Shown here: in pieces, positions 29,204 through 39,350 of the stretch
Numbering within the stretch: position 1 is the stretch's first letter
Layout of the letters: every line of letters begins with the position of its first letter
Origin: Campylobacterota bacterium
GTDB lineage: Bacteria > Campylobacterota > Campylobacteria > Campylobacterales > Arcobacteraceae
DNA: 41,888 nt
Assembly: GCA_034723215.1 (NCBI GenBank)
Contig: JAYEOQ010000124.1
Location: 1 to 41,888, forward strand
Reading direction: 5' to 3'
Notes under the pieces: model-generated
The model's input: only the letters and a program-made list of their open reading frames with translations
Database searches by the model: none
Told to the model about the DNA's origin: nothing
Program-made: the position numbers and the translations under genes

Positions 29204-31159
29204 ATGTTCAATAAAATCAGAGTCTCTACTAAAATAATTATTCCAATAGTGATCATCCTTGCTCTAGGAAATATAATTACCAATTATATTACAACTAGTC
29301 AAATGAAAACATTATCACAAAATAGTGCAAAAGCATCTTTAGGGATGTTAACAGACTCTATATTTATTACACTTAGAAATGCAATGAATACAGGCGATCC
29401 AGTAGTTATTAAACATGCTGAGGAACAAAGTAGAAATGAGATTAAAGGGCTTACTAGTTTAGTAGTTGCTAAGAGTAAAGGTACTATAGAGATGTATTCA
29501 CCACAAGAATCATTTACTACAGATAAAGATATTTTAAATATTTTTGCAACTAAAAAAGAGCAATTTAAAAATATAACTAAAGAAAATTCTCATTTTATTA
29601 GAGTATTAAGACCTATGATAGCTACACAAGATTGTTTAATGTGTCATGCTAATCAAAAAGAGGGGGATGTTATAGGGGTAATTGATCTTACCTTTTCGCT
29701 AGATGAGTCTGATGCAATTATATCTGAAACTATTATATTTATTTTATCAATATCTCTTATATTTATTCTTATAACTTTGGCAACAGTATGGTTTGTAGCT
29801 AAAAAGGCTACACAGCCACTGAATGATCTTCAAGAGGGTCTTGGATTATTTTTCTCATTTTTAGCAAAAGAGAGAGATACTATAGAACCATTTAAAGTTC
29901 ATAGTATGGATGAGATAGGTGAGATGGTTGTTGTTATTAATGATAATATTTCTAAAACAATAAAAGGGTTAAATCAAGATAGTCAAGCTATCCAAGAGAG
30001 TGCAAATATTTGTGAACAAGCATCATTAGGAAATTTAAATGTTAAAATTACAACTGTTGCAAATAATCAAGAGATAAATAATTTAACCAATATTGTAAAT
30101 AATCTATTATCATCACTTAACTATAATATAAATAGAGTATTGAAAAATTTAGATTCTTATGCAAATGATGAATATAATACAAGAATAGCATCAAAAGGGA
30201 AAACTACAGGTGAAGTTAAAAAGCTATTTAATCAAGTTGATATACTTGGTGAAACATTAACAAAATTAAGTGGTCAGAATTTAAGAAATGGTAAAGCATT
30301 ACAACAAACTTCTGAAGAGTTCTCTATAAATGTAGAGAAACTAGCAACATCTTCAAATCAACAAGCAATCTCATTAAACCATACAGCAGAATCTTTAAAT
30401 GAAGTTACAACTAATTTACAAAAAACAACAAAAAATACTAAAAACATGTCTGAGTTTGCAGTAAAAGTAACTAGTTCATCTACTAAAGGTCATAAGTTGG
30501 CAACACAAACAGCAACATCTATGGAAAATATAAATATAAAAGTAAATGCGATAAATGAAGCAATAAGTGTAATCGACCAAATTGCTTTCCAAACAAATAT
30601 ATTATCTTTAAATGCAGCAGTTGAAGCTGCAACTGCTGGTGAAGCTGGAAAAGGTTTTGCAGTTGTTGCACAAGAGGTAAGAAATCTTGCTTCAAGAAGT
30701 GCTGACGCAGCTAGAGAGATAAAAGATTTAGTAGAGGTAGCAACATCTCAAGCAAATGAGGGAACTCAAATAGCAAACGAGATGATTGAGGGATATAAGG
30801 TGTTAAACGAAAATATCACATCTACTACTTCAATTATTGATATTGTAAGTGATGATACAAATAAACAAAGAGTTAAGATAGAAGCAATTAACAATGATAT
30901 TACAAAATTGGATAAAATAACAAAAGAAAATGCAAATATAGCTGATGCAACAAATTTAATTGCACAGCAAGCAAGTAATATTGCACAAAAAATAGTAGAT
31001 GATGCAACTGGAAAAGTTTTTGAAGGTAAAGATAATGTTAAGATGAGAGAAAATATTATGGACCCTTTCTTTGATGGAAAAGAGAAAAGAAAAGTAGAAA
31101 GTGGGCTTAAAAATGAAAGAAGATCTTCAAGAGGAACAAAAGCTGATAGAAAATCATAA
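29204..31159 (+). CDS. Methyl-accepting chemotaxis protein with c-type heme-binding periplasmic sensor
   Basis: 2 TMs, periplasmic CLMCH, HAMP (DEIG), [37 protein letters not shown]. Confidence 0.93.
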   Translation: MFNKIRVSTKIIIPIVIILALGNIITNYITTSQMKTLSQNSAKASLGMLTDSIFITLRNAMNTGDPVVIKHAEEQSRNEIKGLTSLVVAKSKGTIEMYSPQESFTTDKDILNIFATKKEQFKNITKENSHFIRVLRPMIATQDCLMCHANQKEGDVIGVIDLTFSLDESDAIISETIIFILSISLIFILITLATVWFVAKKATQPLNDLQEGLGLFFSFLAKERDTIEPFKVHSMDEIGEMVVVINDNISKTIKGLNQDSQAIQESANICEQASLGNLNVKITTVANNQEINNLTNIVNNLLSSLNYNINRVLKNLDSYANDEYNTRIASKGKTTGEVKKLFNQVDILGETLTKLSGQNLRNGKALQQTSEEFSINVEKLATSSNQQAISLNHTAESLNEVTTNLQKTTKNTKNMSEFAVKVTSSSTKGHKLATQTATSMENINIKVNAINEAISVIDQIAFQTNILSLNAAVEAATAGEAGKGFAVVAQEVRNLASRSADAAREIKDLVEVATSQANEGTQIANEMIEGYKVLNENITSTTSIIDIVSDDTNKQRVKIEAINNDITKLDKITKENANIADATNLIAQQASNIAQKIVDDATGKVFEGKDNVKMRENIMDPFFDGKEKRKVESGLKNERRSSRGTKADRKS

Positions 31160-32417
31160 AGATATTCAAAATTTAGAATTAGAAGACTTAATAAAATATA
31201 GTAAAACTGTTAGAGTTTTATATGTTGAAAGTGATAATTATTTTAGAGAAAATAGTTTTGGTGTCTTTAAAGTTTTTTTTCATCGTATAGATACGGCAAG
31301 AGATGGGCAAGAGGGATTTGAATATTTTAAAAATAATAAATATGATTTAATTATCACCTCTATTGATATGCCTAATATGACTGGTGTAGAGATGATTACG
31401 AAGATTAGAGAGATAAGTAAAAATATCACTATACTTATCACATCTTCAGATACTAATAATTTTATAGATTTAATTAGACTTGGGATTGATGGATATATAT
31501 TAAAGCCTGTCGAGGTAAAACAATTTACTAGTATTATACAGAAAGTTATAGAGAAACTAGAAAATAAACAAAAAATATATGAATATAAAAATTATTTAGA
31601 ACAAAAAGTAAATGAAAAAACAAAAGAACTGGAGATATTTAATACAAATTTAGAGCAAAGAGTTAAAGATGAGATAGCTAAAAATAAAGATAAAGATAAA
31701 CTTATTATTGAACAAACTAAAATGGCATCTTTAGGTGAGATGATTGGAAATATTGCACACCAATGGAGACAACCTTTATCAGTTATATCAATAGGTGCAA
31801 CAGGATTAAAATTACAAAGTGAACATGGATTACTTACAGATCAATTACTAAATAAAACATGTGATTCAATAAATGATAACGCTCAATACTTGTCAAAAAC
31901 CATAGATGATTTCAAATGTTTTATAAAAGGGGATAGAAAGTTTAAACAATTTAATTTAAAAAATATATTCGATAATTTTATTAGTATTGTTGATAGTTCA
32001 ATTAAAAATTACGATATTAATTTAATACTAGATTTAAATGAAGAGATTATTATGAATGGTTATGAAAATGAATTAATTCAATGCTTTATAAATATATTTA
32101 ATAATTCTGTTGATGCACTAAATGATACAAAAACTGAAGATAGTATGGTATTTATATCAATAAAAAAAGTTGATAGCAATGCTCTTATTATATTTAAAGA
32201 TAATGCCGGTGGTATATCAGATGATATTATAAAAAAGATATTTGATCCATATTTTACTACAAAACACAAATCTCAAGGGACAGGTTTAGGGCTTAATATC
32301 ACTTATAGATTAATAGTAGATGGGATGAATGGAACTATTGAAGTAAATAATCAAAACTTCATATATAATAAAGAAAAACATAATGGAGCTGAGTTTACAA
32401 TCTCTTTACCTATTTAA
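31113..32417 (+). CDS. Hybrid histidine kinase (atypical receiver + HisKA + HATPase)
   Basis: Receiver fold (VLYVE...MP..TG...YILKP); H-box IAHQWRQPL; N-box; DNAGGI; FTTK; GTGLGL. Start uncertain (31101 GTG or 31113 ATG). Confidence 0.9.
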   Translation: MKEDLQEEQKLIENHKDIQNLELEDLIKYSKTVRVLYVESDNYFRENSFGVFKVFFHRIDTARDGQEGFEYFKNNKYDLIITSIDMPNMTGVEMITKIREISKNITILITSSDTNNFIDLIRLGIDGYILKPVEVKQFTSIIQKVIEKLENKQKIYEYKNYLEQKVNEKTKELEIFNTNLEQRVKDEIAKNKDKDKLIIEQTKMASLGEMIGNIAHQWRQPLSVISIGATGLKLQSEHGLLTDQLLNKTCDSINDNAQYLSKTIDDFKCFIKGDRKFKQFNLKNIFDNFISIVDSSIKNYDINLILDLNEEIIMNGYENELIQCFINIFNNSVDALNDTKTEDSMVFISIKKVDSNALIIFKDNAGGISDDIIKKIFDPYFTTKHKSQGTGLGLNITYRLIVDGMNGTIEVNNQNFIYNKEKHNGAEFTISLPI

Positions 32418-32824
32418 TTTATAAGTGAGCTAACCCTTTTATAATTTCTGTAATAATTTATAAGGGTCATAAGCAAAACTGTAATAACTCCCATAATCCA
32501 ATATATAAACCATTGAGAGATCATCCCAATAAATCCATCTTCATAATAAAAATCAACAACTTGAAAAACTAGAAAAAACCCTATTGCAGATTGTATTGAC
32601 GGGGTATTGTTTTTATTATAATCTATTATTTCAAAGCCACTTAGCTTTTTCTTAAAATAATAAGATATTAAAAGTATAGGAAATATTGCTAATATAAATA
32701 GATATTCATCAGTTATAATATTAACAGTTTTAAAAGTTCCTAAAAACATAAGATATACACTTATTATTATAATAAATGAGATTGAAAATAAAAATTTTAT
32801 ATTTATTGAATTGTTTTTTATCAT
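32414..32824 (-). CDS. Hypothetical membrane protein
   Basis: About 4 hydrophobic segments; last gene of the metF-ruvX-acpS run. Confidence 0.7.
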   Translation of the reverse strand: MIKNNSINIKFLFSISFIIIISVYLMFLGTFKTVNIITDEYLFILAIFPILLISYYFKKKLSGFEIIDYNKNNTPSIQSAIGFFLVFQVVDFYYEDGFIGMISQWFIYWIMGVITVLLMTLINYYRNYKRVSSLIN

Positions 32825-32833
32825 TTAATTTAT

Positions 32834-33796
32834 TTACTCTTTCATACTTGGATTTAATTTTAACAATACCAAATCAGCCAATATATTTCCCAACAGTGTT
32901 AAAAATGCACCAATTATAAGTATCCCCATAATCACAGGATAATCTCTACTCAATGCAGATTGAAAAAATAGTAAACCCATCCCATCAATTGAAAATATTG
33001 TTTCAAGTATCACACTGCCTCCGATAATTCCTGGTAAACTAAGTCCTAGTAAGGTTATCACTGGTGGATATAGATTTGGTAAGATATAGTATCTTAAAAT
33101 CTGTTTTGATTTAAGTCCCCTAGCCTTTGCAAAAAATATATAATCACTTTTTAAAATCTCTAAAGTCAAAGACCTAATATACAAAGTCAAACTCCCAATA
33201 CCACCAAATATTATAATACTAATAGGTAAAATAAGATGCCATGCAGTATCTAAATAATATTCTAATGTACCCTCCTCTATATCACTATTGTGTAACCCTG
33301 CTATTGGTAAAACTTCCCAAGTAACTGCAAATACTAAAACTCCTAAAAGTGCTAAATAAAACGATGGTAAAGAGAAACTTAAAAGTGAAAGTTGCCCTAC
33401 AAATTTATCAAAAAGTTTATCTTTATTCAGCGCTGCTTTTATACCAAGATATAAAGATAATACAAATATAAAAAACATACTTATAATATTTATAGTAAGA
33501 GTTATAGGGATTCTACTTATTATCTCATCTTTTACCATAGCACCACTGCTAAATGAGATACCAAAATCTAACATTGTGATATTTTTCACCCAAGAGAAAA
33601 ACTGTATATATAAAGGTTTATCTAGTCCATAAACCTCTTTTAGCTGCTCTAGTGATTCTTTTGTAATATTTGGATTTAACTCCCCTGATGCAAAAAAACT
33701 GTTTGGGGCAAGATTAATAGCTGTAAATGATATAAGTGATATTATAAATAACATCACAAAAAGATATATAATTTTTTTTAAAAATATATTTTTCAT
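32834..33796 (-). CDS. Peptide/nickel ABC transporter permease (DppB/OppB family)
   Basis: YGLDKPL..Q, DFG.S, P.F, HLILP, AKARGL, GGSVILETIFS..GMG, RDYPV.MG. Confidence 0.92.
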   Translation of the reverse strand: MKNIFLKKIIYLFVMLFIISLISFTAINLAPNSFFASGELNPNITKESLEQLKEVYGLDKPLYIQFFSWVKNITMLDFGISFSSGAMVKDEIISRIPITLTINIISMFFIFVLSLYLGIKAALNKDKLFDKFVGQLSLLSFSLPSFYLALLGVLVFAVTWEVLPIAGLHNSDIEEGTLEYYLDTAWHLILPISIIIFGGIGSLTLYIRSLTLEILKSDYIFFAKARGLKSKQILRYYILPNLYPPVITLLGLSLPGIIGGSVILETIFSIDGMGLLFFQSALSRDYPVIMGILIIGAFLTLLGNILADLVLLKLNPSMKE

Positions 33797-34146
33797 TATC
33801 TCTTTTGTATAGCAACAACTGCTATTGCAAATCCACCATCATGGGTGATGCTCAATGATGAGTTTTTTATATTAAATTTTTTTCGTATCTTTTTTTTATA
33901 TTTTAACTTTGGTGCATTTTTTTTAGTTTTTGTAATTTTTATATCATGAAAACTACATTTTGCACCTATACCAGTTCCAATTGCTTTACTAGCAGCCTCT
34001 TTTGCAGCCCAAAATCCAGCTGCTGTTGATGGGCTTTTAACTAAATTAATCTCATCATCACTTAAAAATCTTTTTAAAGTTTTAGAACCAAACTTTTCAA
34101 TAAGTTTTTCAATACGAGATATTACAACTATATCAACACCAATCAT
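33796..34146 (-). CDS. acpS: Holo-[ACP] synthase
   Basis: [30 protein letters not shown]. Confidence 0.95.
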   Translation of the reverse strand: MIGVDIVVISRIEKLIEKFGSKTLKRFLSDDEINLVKSPSTAAGFWAAKEAASKAIGTGIGAKCSFHDIKITKTKKNAPKLKYKKKIRKKFNIKNSSLSITHDGGFAIAVVAIQKR

Positions 34147-34529
34147 ATACTATCCAAATATCTCTCTAATATAATTTTTGCAGCAACGCTGTCAAGCCGC
34201 CCATCTCTTTTATGTTTAAATACACCCATTGTAAGCTCTTTTGCTTCTTGTGTACTTAGGTTTTCATTTTGGAAAACAATCTCACCTTTAAACTCTAAAA
34301 GCTTTGAGAAGTGGTCTACTCTTTTCATCATATCTTCACTTGCTTTTGGGTAACCAATAACTAAAGTATCAATCTCCCACTCTTTTAAAAACTTATCTAC
34401 ATCAGCACTTGCCTGATTTCTGTTTTTTCTTATAATTGCCTCTTGTGGATTTACTATCTTTGATGCCATTGATATTGCACACCCAATTCTTTTTAGTCCT
34501 ATATCTATACTTGCATATTTTTTTTCCAT
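34143..34529 (-). CDS. ruvX: RuvX/YqgF resolvase-like pre-16S rRNA nuclease
   Basis: [31 protein letters not shown]; start placed at ATG 34529. Confidence 0.92.
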   Translation of the reverse strand: MEKKYASIDIGLKRIGCAISMASKIVNPQEAIIRKNRNQASADVDKFLKEWEIDTLVIGYPKASEDMMKRVDHFSKLLEFKGEIVFQNENLSTQEAKELTMGVFKHKRDGRLDSVAAKIILERYLDSI

Positions 34530-34530
34530 A

Positions 34531-35442
34531 CTAATCCAATAGCTCACTAGCTATTTCAAATTTATTTGCTGTCATAAGATGTACTTTTGGATGAATCTTT
34601 TGAATTGATTTTAATAAATTTGAACTAAGTTCCATTCCAACTTTTCTCTCTTGATCTTTACTAATTTTACTAGCAACTGTAAGCTTATCAATCCAATCTT
34701 GAGGCACATAGATTCCTGGTACATGGGAGTGTAAAAACTGAGCAGTTCTTAGTTGAGTAATAGGAAAAATACCTAATATAAGTTGAGATTTATTTCTGTG
34801 ATCACTAAAATTATCTTTAGCATTTTCAAATAATCTTATCATCTGTTTTGCATTTTCTATATCATAAACAGGTTGAGTTATAATACCTTTTGTACCATTT
34901 AAAATTTTTTTACTCATCTTTTTCTCTAAAGATTTCATATTTTTAGCAAATGAATTTATAACTGTAAATGGATATATTGTTTTAGGTGCTGTTTTAAAAG
35001 GTTTTCCTGCATAATCCATACCATTGTTAAAAGAGTTTATTATCTCTAAAAGCATTGTAGAGTTTGATTCAAATACACCTTTTGATCGTGGTTGGTCACT
35101 CATATGAGCAGGATCACCTGTAAGTGCTAATATTGCTCGTACATCAAAATCATTTGCACCTAATAGATCAGATTGAAGTGCTATTTTATTTCTATCTCGC
35201 ATACTCATTGTTGCTATTACTGGCTTTTTAAATTTTTGTTGTAACTTTATAGATGCAAACAGTGCATTATATTTTAACTTTGCTAATGGATTATCTGTTG
35301 TACTAAATCCATCAACCTTTTTATCTAAATCATATTGTTCAATTTTTTCAATTATATTATCAAATATTGGTTCGTGTGTTGGTGTAGTTTCTAGCGTAAT
35401 ATATCTATCTTCTTGTAATTTCTGTATAAGTGTATCAAACAT
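34531..35442 (-). CDS. metF: Methylenetetrahydrofolate reductase
   Basis: TDNPLA, RDRN..ALQS.LLGA, ILALTGDP, ITQPVYD, VPGI.VP. Confidence 0.88.
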   Translation of the reverse strand: MFDTLIQKLQEDRYITLETTPTHEPIFDNIIEKIEQYDLDKKVDGFSTTDNPLAKLKYNALFASIKLQQKFKKPVIATMSMRDRNKIALQSDLLGANDFDVRAILALTGDPAHMSDQPRSKGVFESNSTMLLEIINSFNNGMDYAGKPFKTAPKTIYPFTVINSFAKNMKSLEKKMSKKILNGTKGIITQPVYDIENAKQMIRLFENAKDNFSDHRNKSQLILGIFPITQLRTAQFLHSHVPGIYVPQDWIDKLTVASKISKDQERKVGMELSSNLLKSIQKIHPKVHLMTANKFEIASELLD

Positions 35443-35526
35443 TTATATTTAACCTTTTGTACTAAATCAATTTCTAACGAAATTGTCGTTATAATTGCCG
35501 ATATTATAACATAAAGGTTTTAAATA

Positions 35527-36147
35527 ATGAAGTTAGCAGTATTTGATTTTGATTCTACATTAATGGATGGTGAAACTATAGATTTTTTTGCAGCCCAGCT
35601 TGGTCTGGAAGAGAAAGTTGCATCCATAACTGAAAAAGCTATGAATGGAGAGTTAGATTTTTTTGAAAGTTTAATCACTAGAGTTGAGCTATTAAGAGGC
35701 TTAGAGTATGAAAAAGTTATAGAGATTGGTAAAAACCTACCTTTAATGCCAGGTGCTATGGAGATTATTCCTGCACTTCAAGACAGAGGATATAAAGTTA
35801 TTTGCTTTAGTGGTGGTTTTAGAGTTGGGACTACACCAGCTCTTATAAAATTAGGACTTGATGCTGACTTTTCAAATGTTTTACACCATAGAGATGGGAT
35901 ACTAACAGGACTTGTTGGTGGAGATATGATGTTTGACTATAGTAAAGGTGATATGATACAAAGAATTCAAAACTTACTAGGTATCGATAGAGCCGATACG
36001 CTTGTTGTTGGTGATGGGGCAAATGATAGAAGTATGTTTGCTCATGCAGATAAAAGAATAGCTTTTTGTGCAAAAGATATTCTTAAAAAAGAGGCAAATA
36101 TAATAATCGATGAAAAAGATTTAACTAAAATATTAGATTATATTTAG
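35527..36147 (+). CDS. serB: Phosphoserine phosphatase
   Basis: FDFDSTL, AMNGELDF.ESL..RV, SGGF, GDGAND. Confidence 0.95.
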   Translation: MKLAVFDFDSTLMDGETIDFFAAQLGLEEKVASITEKAMNGELDFFESLITRVELLRGLEYEKVIEIGKNLPLMPGAMEIIPALQDRGYKVICFSGGFRVGTTPALIKLGLDADFSNVLHHRDGILTGLVGGDMMFDYSKGDMIQRIQNLLGIDRADTLVVGDGANDRSMFAHADKRIAFCAKDILKKEANIIIDEKDLTKILDYI

Positions 36148-36155
36148 TTAGAAAG

Positions 36156-37265
36156 TTAATTAATTTTAACGAACGAATCACCATTGGCTCTATATAATTC
36201 AACTGAGTAATCTACTTGGTTGTTTTTTATAGATACACCTTCAAACTTATTCAAATTCCCACTTAAGAAATATTCTACCCCTAAAATCACAGAGTAGTTA
36301 ACCCAACTATAGACAATATTATTATTTATTAGTGAATTATACTCAATTAGATCATTAGGAAGTTTTCCAATAGAGTTAGCAATAATAATATTTCTCCTAT
36401 CTGGTCTTTGAGTTAAAGAGAATAAAAAAGGTGAATAGTTTAATTGTGTAGAAAGTATCTGCTTTGTATTTACCTCTAGTGCATATATTTGAGAAAGAAT
36501 TATTGAGCTTTTAACAATTGGGGTATTTAAAATTATTACAGAGTTTTTTACTTTTCTATTTTTTAAAAAATACTTATATAAGCCGTTTTTATCATCTATT
36601 TTTTTGCTATAGTTTATCTCTTGATTATTAAGGTAGCTATGTAAAACTGAACCAATTTTTGAATTATCGTAAAAATTTACCAATGGTCTTTCATTGTTAT
36701 ATTGAAGTAATTTTTCAAATTGTTTTTTATAACTTATTCCACCATAAATTAATTCTAAATTAGTTGTATTAAAAGTTAACTCAGAATCATAACTATTAAT
36801 CAATGGTAAATAGATTTGTAGTCCTGCTATTGATTTAATCTCTTTCAATTGAGATAATCTATTTGATGTTATCATCAATATTACTTTTTTAATACCATTT
36901 TTATCAATCTCTTCGAATATTTTTACTAAGTTATTTTCATCTTGCTTATCTATATCATAGGTTTCAACCATAAAATTATTATTTTTATATAATAAATATG
37001 TATTTATTGAAGCAGTTACCTCTAATGCATATTTACCTATTTGCGATGATGAAAAAACAATAGCTACACTATCACTCTTCTTAAAATCATTACTTATTTT
37101 ATCATCTTCACTAAAACTTTCCTCTTTTTTTTCAATAATTATATCTATTTTTTTTTCAATACTTTTTTTAGAAGCAACTTGTGAACTATATCCTATATTT
37201 CTTTGTGTTTGGGCACATCCCAAAAATAAAAAAATACTAATAATAACAACTAATACACTCTTCAT
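36156..37265 (-). CDS. Hypothetical lipoprotein, possibly periplasmic-binding-protein-like fold
   Basis: Lipobox FLGC; alternating alpha/beta pattern; overlaps the UDG gene by 4 bp. Confidence 0.65.
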   Translation of the reverse strand: MKSVLVVIISIFLFLGCAQTQRNIGYSSQVASKKSIEKKIDIIIEKKEESFSEDDKISNDFKKSDSVAIVFSSSQIGKYALEVTASINTYLLYKNNNFMVETYDIDKQDENNLVKIFEEIDKNGIKKVILMITSNRLSQLKEIKSIAGLQIYLPLINSYDSELTFNTTNLELIYGGISYKKQFEKLLQYNNERPLVNFYDNSKIGSVLHSYLNNQEINYSKKIDDKNGLYKYFLKNRKVKNSVIILNTPIVKSSIILSQIYALEVNTKQILSTQLNYSPFLFSLTQRPDRRNIIIANSIGKLPNDLIEYNSLINNNIVYSWVNYSVILGVEYFLSGNLNKFEGVSIKNNQVDYSVELYRANGDSFVKIN

Positions 37266-37906
37266 AGCTTCTCCAATAAGTTTTTAATTTTTGTTAAATC
37301 TTTAAACATTCTTTGTTTATAAGATGGATTCTTATAAACAAATTCTGGATGTAACAGTGGAATTAATTTTATCCCATTATAATCATAAATATTTCCAGTA
37401 ACATCCATCAGCTTTTCATCACTTTTCATAAAAAGATTAAAAGCAAAATCAAGTGTAATTATAATTTTAGGCTTTGCAATCTCAATTTGCTTATAGATAT
37501 AGTTTTCACAGGCATCAACTGCATTATGAAACTGTGTTATATTTTCTTTTGCACTACACTTAACAATATTTGTAAGATAAACATCATTAAACTTTAATAA
37601 TAAAACTTTTTCAATCATATCTTTAAAAGTTTGCATCACCTGATTAGATTTGAATAAATAATGGTTTGTCCCAATAATGTATATATTACTTAAACTATCA
37701 CCAACTCCATATACAAACTTTTCATCACTCTTGGATAGATCACATAAACTACAATGGGATACATCCATTATAAGTTCATCGATTGTATTTGGTAATTTAG
37801 AAATATTTTTATTTAACTTACAATTTATAGCATCTATATATTCAATACCAAAGTATCTATAGCTATCTAAAAGTTTTAAAACTTCACTCTTTTTACTATT
37901 TATCAT
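37262..37906 (-). CDS. Family-4-like uracil-DNA glycosylase with degenerate motif A
   Basis: CSLC.L, VYLTNIVKC, DAC, PKIIITL, LLHP; the GE(A/G)PG position reads GTNHY. Confidence 0.8.
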   Translation of the reverse strand: MINSKKSEVLKLLDSYRYFGIEYIDAINCKLNKNISKLPNTIDELIMDVSHCSLCDLSKSDEKFVYGVGDSLSNIYIIGTNHYLFKSNQVMQTFKDMIEKVLLLKFNDVYLTNIVKCSAKENITQFHNAVDACENYIYKQIEIAKPKIIITLDFAFNLFMKSDEKLMDVTGNIYDYNGIKLIPLLHPEFVYKNPSYKQRMFKDLTKIKNLLEKL

Positions 37907-37942
37907 TGCCCATTGTACAAAATTTTCTCTTTTAACTACTTT

Positions 37943-37961
37943 TGTTCCAATATATGGAACA
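37943..37961. promoter_or_regulatory. Palindromic operator 1
   Basis: TGTTCCA-ATATA-TGGAACA, perfect 7-5-7 inverted repeat. Confidence 0.75.
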
Positions 37962-37976
37962 TTAGATTAATTTTAC

Positions 37977-38005
37977 TTGACATTTGTTCCAATATTTGGT
38001 ACACT
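37977..38005 (+). promoter_or_regulatory. Sigma70 promoter overlapped by operator 2 (37985-38003)
   Basis: TTGACA (37977-37982), 17 nt, TACACT (38000-38005); TGTTCCA-ATATT-TGGTACA fills the spacer and overlaps the -10. Confidence 0.8.
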
Positions 38006-38035
38006 TACGGAAATAATAAATAACCAAGGATATAT

Positions 38036-38266
38036 ATGACTGCACCATCAATAAAAACAGGACCAAGTTTAAGAAAATTAGAATCAGATTTAGAGGTAAA
38101 TAAAACAACATTACACAACTGGAAACAATCAAGACCAAAACTTTATGAATTTATAATTGAATCATATGAGCATAGAAATGCATTAAAAGAAAATATTATG
38201 TTTTTAATTGATCAAAAACAAAAACTTGAAGAGAGAATTACACAAGAGCAAAAAAAAGTATCATAG
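38036..38266 (+). CDS. Small HTH DNA-binding protein with C-terminal coiled coil
   Basis: SLRKLESDLEVNKTTLHNWK fits an HTH pattern; AAGGA RBS; own promoter and terminator. Confidence 0.75.
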   Translation: MTAPSIKTGPSLRKLESDLEVNKTTLHNWKQSRPKLYEFIIESYEHRNALKENIMFLIDQKQKLEERITQEQKKVS

Positions 38267-38290
38267 ATATTAAATATTTTTTTTAGAAAT

Positions 38291-38330
38291 AAAAAAAGGG
38301 GGAGTTGATCTCTCAACTCCCCCTTTTTTA
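38291..38330. terminator. Bidirectional intrinsic terminator
   Basis: A7-GGGGGAGTTGA-TCTC-TCAACTCCCCC-T6 between the convergent HTH gene and infA. Confidence 0.92.
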
Positions 38331-38344
38331 TCTAAAATATAATT

Positions 38345-38563
38345 TTATTTATATCTATGTGTAATTCGACCTTTATCAAGTGAATAAGGTGTAATTTCTA
38401 CTCTTACTGTATCACCTAGTAAAATTTTAATGTAATGCATTCTCATTTTACCAGAGATATGACACAATACAATGTGTCCATTGTCTAATTCTACTCTAAA
38501 TGTAGCATTTGGTAAAACCTCTATTACTTTACCATCAACTACAATTACATCATCTTTAGCCAT
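38345..38563 (-). CDS. infA: Translation initiation factor IF-1
   Basis: MAKDD.I..DG.V.E.LPNA.F, HISGKMR, PY.L.KGRI. Confidence 0.97.
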   Translation of the reverse strand: MAKDDVIVVDGKVIEVLPNATFRVELDNGHIVLCHISGKMRMHYIKILLGDTVRVEITPYSLDKGRITHRYK

Positions 38564-38578
38564 ATTGATCCCTTTAAT

Positions 38579-39343
38579 TTAGTTAATTGCAGTTAATATC
38601 TGCGCTTTGCCATTTACAATAGCAACTTGGTGTTCATAGTGACTTGTTCTTAAACCATCTGCACTTCTCACAGACCATTTATCTTTTTTGTCAACTATAG
38701 GTTCCTCATCTTTTTGACATATCATAGGTTCAATACAAAAAATCATACCATTTTTTATTTTTGGACCTTGTTTAGGATTTGGAGAATCTAAATAGTTAGG
38801 TACTTCAGGATCACAATGAGGCTCTCGACCTATTCCATGACCACAAAATTTAACCAATGGAGTATATCCTCTATCTAGTATAAACTCCTCTAAAGCTAAA
38901 CTTAACTCTTTAAATCTCATCCCTTGTTTAATAATATCAATTGCATAATACAAAGCATCTTTACTACAAGCGATCAATGCCTCATCCTCTTTACTGATAT
39001 TTCCAATTGGCATAGTAATAGCAGCATCACCATACCAACCTTCAATCTCACTACCTATATCTAGTCCTAAAATATCACCATCTTTTAACACAGTATCATC
39101 TGGTACTCCATGAATAATAACTTCATTTAGAGAGGTACATACAGCATTTGGGAAACCATAAAGTCCTTTAAAAGCAGGTCTTGCTCCTAAACTTCTTAAA
39201 TAATTTTCACCCATTGCATCTACTTCTAAAAGTGTCATACCAGCTTTTACATTTTCTTTAAGATAATTCAATGTCTTCCCCACAGCTTGACCAGCTGTGT
39301 GAAGTTTTTCTATATCTTGAGGTTTTCTTAGTGGTATAGCCAT
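38579..39343 (-). CDS. map: Methionine aminopeptidase type I
   Basis: CTSLNEVIIHGVP, GHGIG..PH, IEPM, HYEH. Confidence 0.97.
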   Translation of the reverse strand: MAIPLRKPQDIEKLHTAGQAVGKTLNYLKENVKAGMTLLEVDAMGENYLRSLGARPAFKGLYGFPNAVCTSLNEVIIHGVPDDTVLKDGDILGLDIGSEIEGWYGDAAITMPIGNISKEDEALIACSKDALYYAIDIIKQGMRFKELSLALEEFILDRGYTPLVKFCGHGIGREPHCDPEVPNYLDSPNPKQGPKIKNGMIFCIEPMICQKDEEPIVDKKDKWSVRSADGLRTSHYEHQVAIVNGKAQILTAIN

Positions 39344-39350
39344 AATTTAA

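Noticed and set aside
32834-33796. Orphan ABC permease as a novel transporter
   Set aside because: Scattered ABC subunits are common in this phylum; partners are probably elsewhere in the genome.
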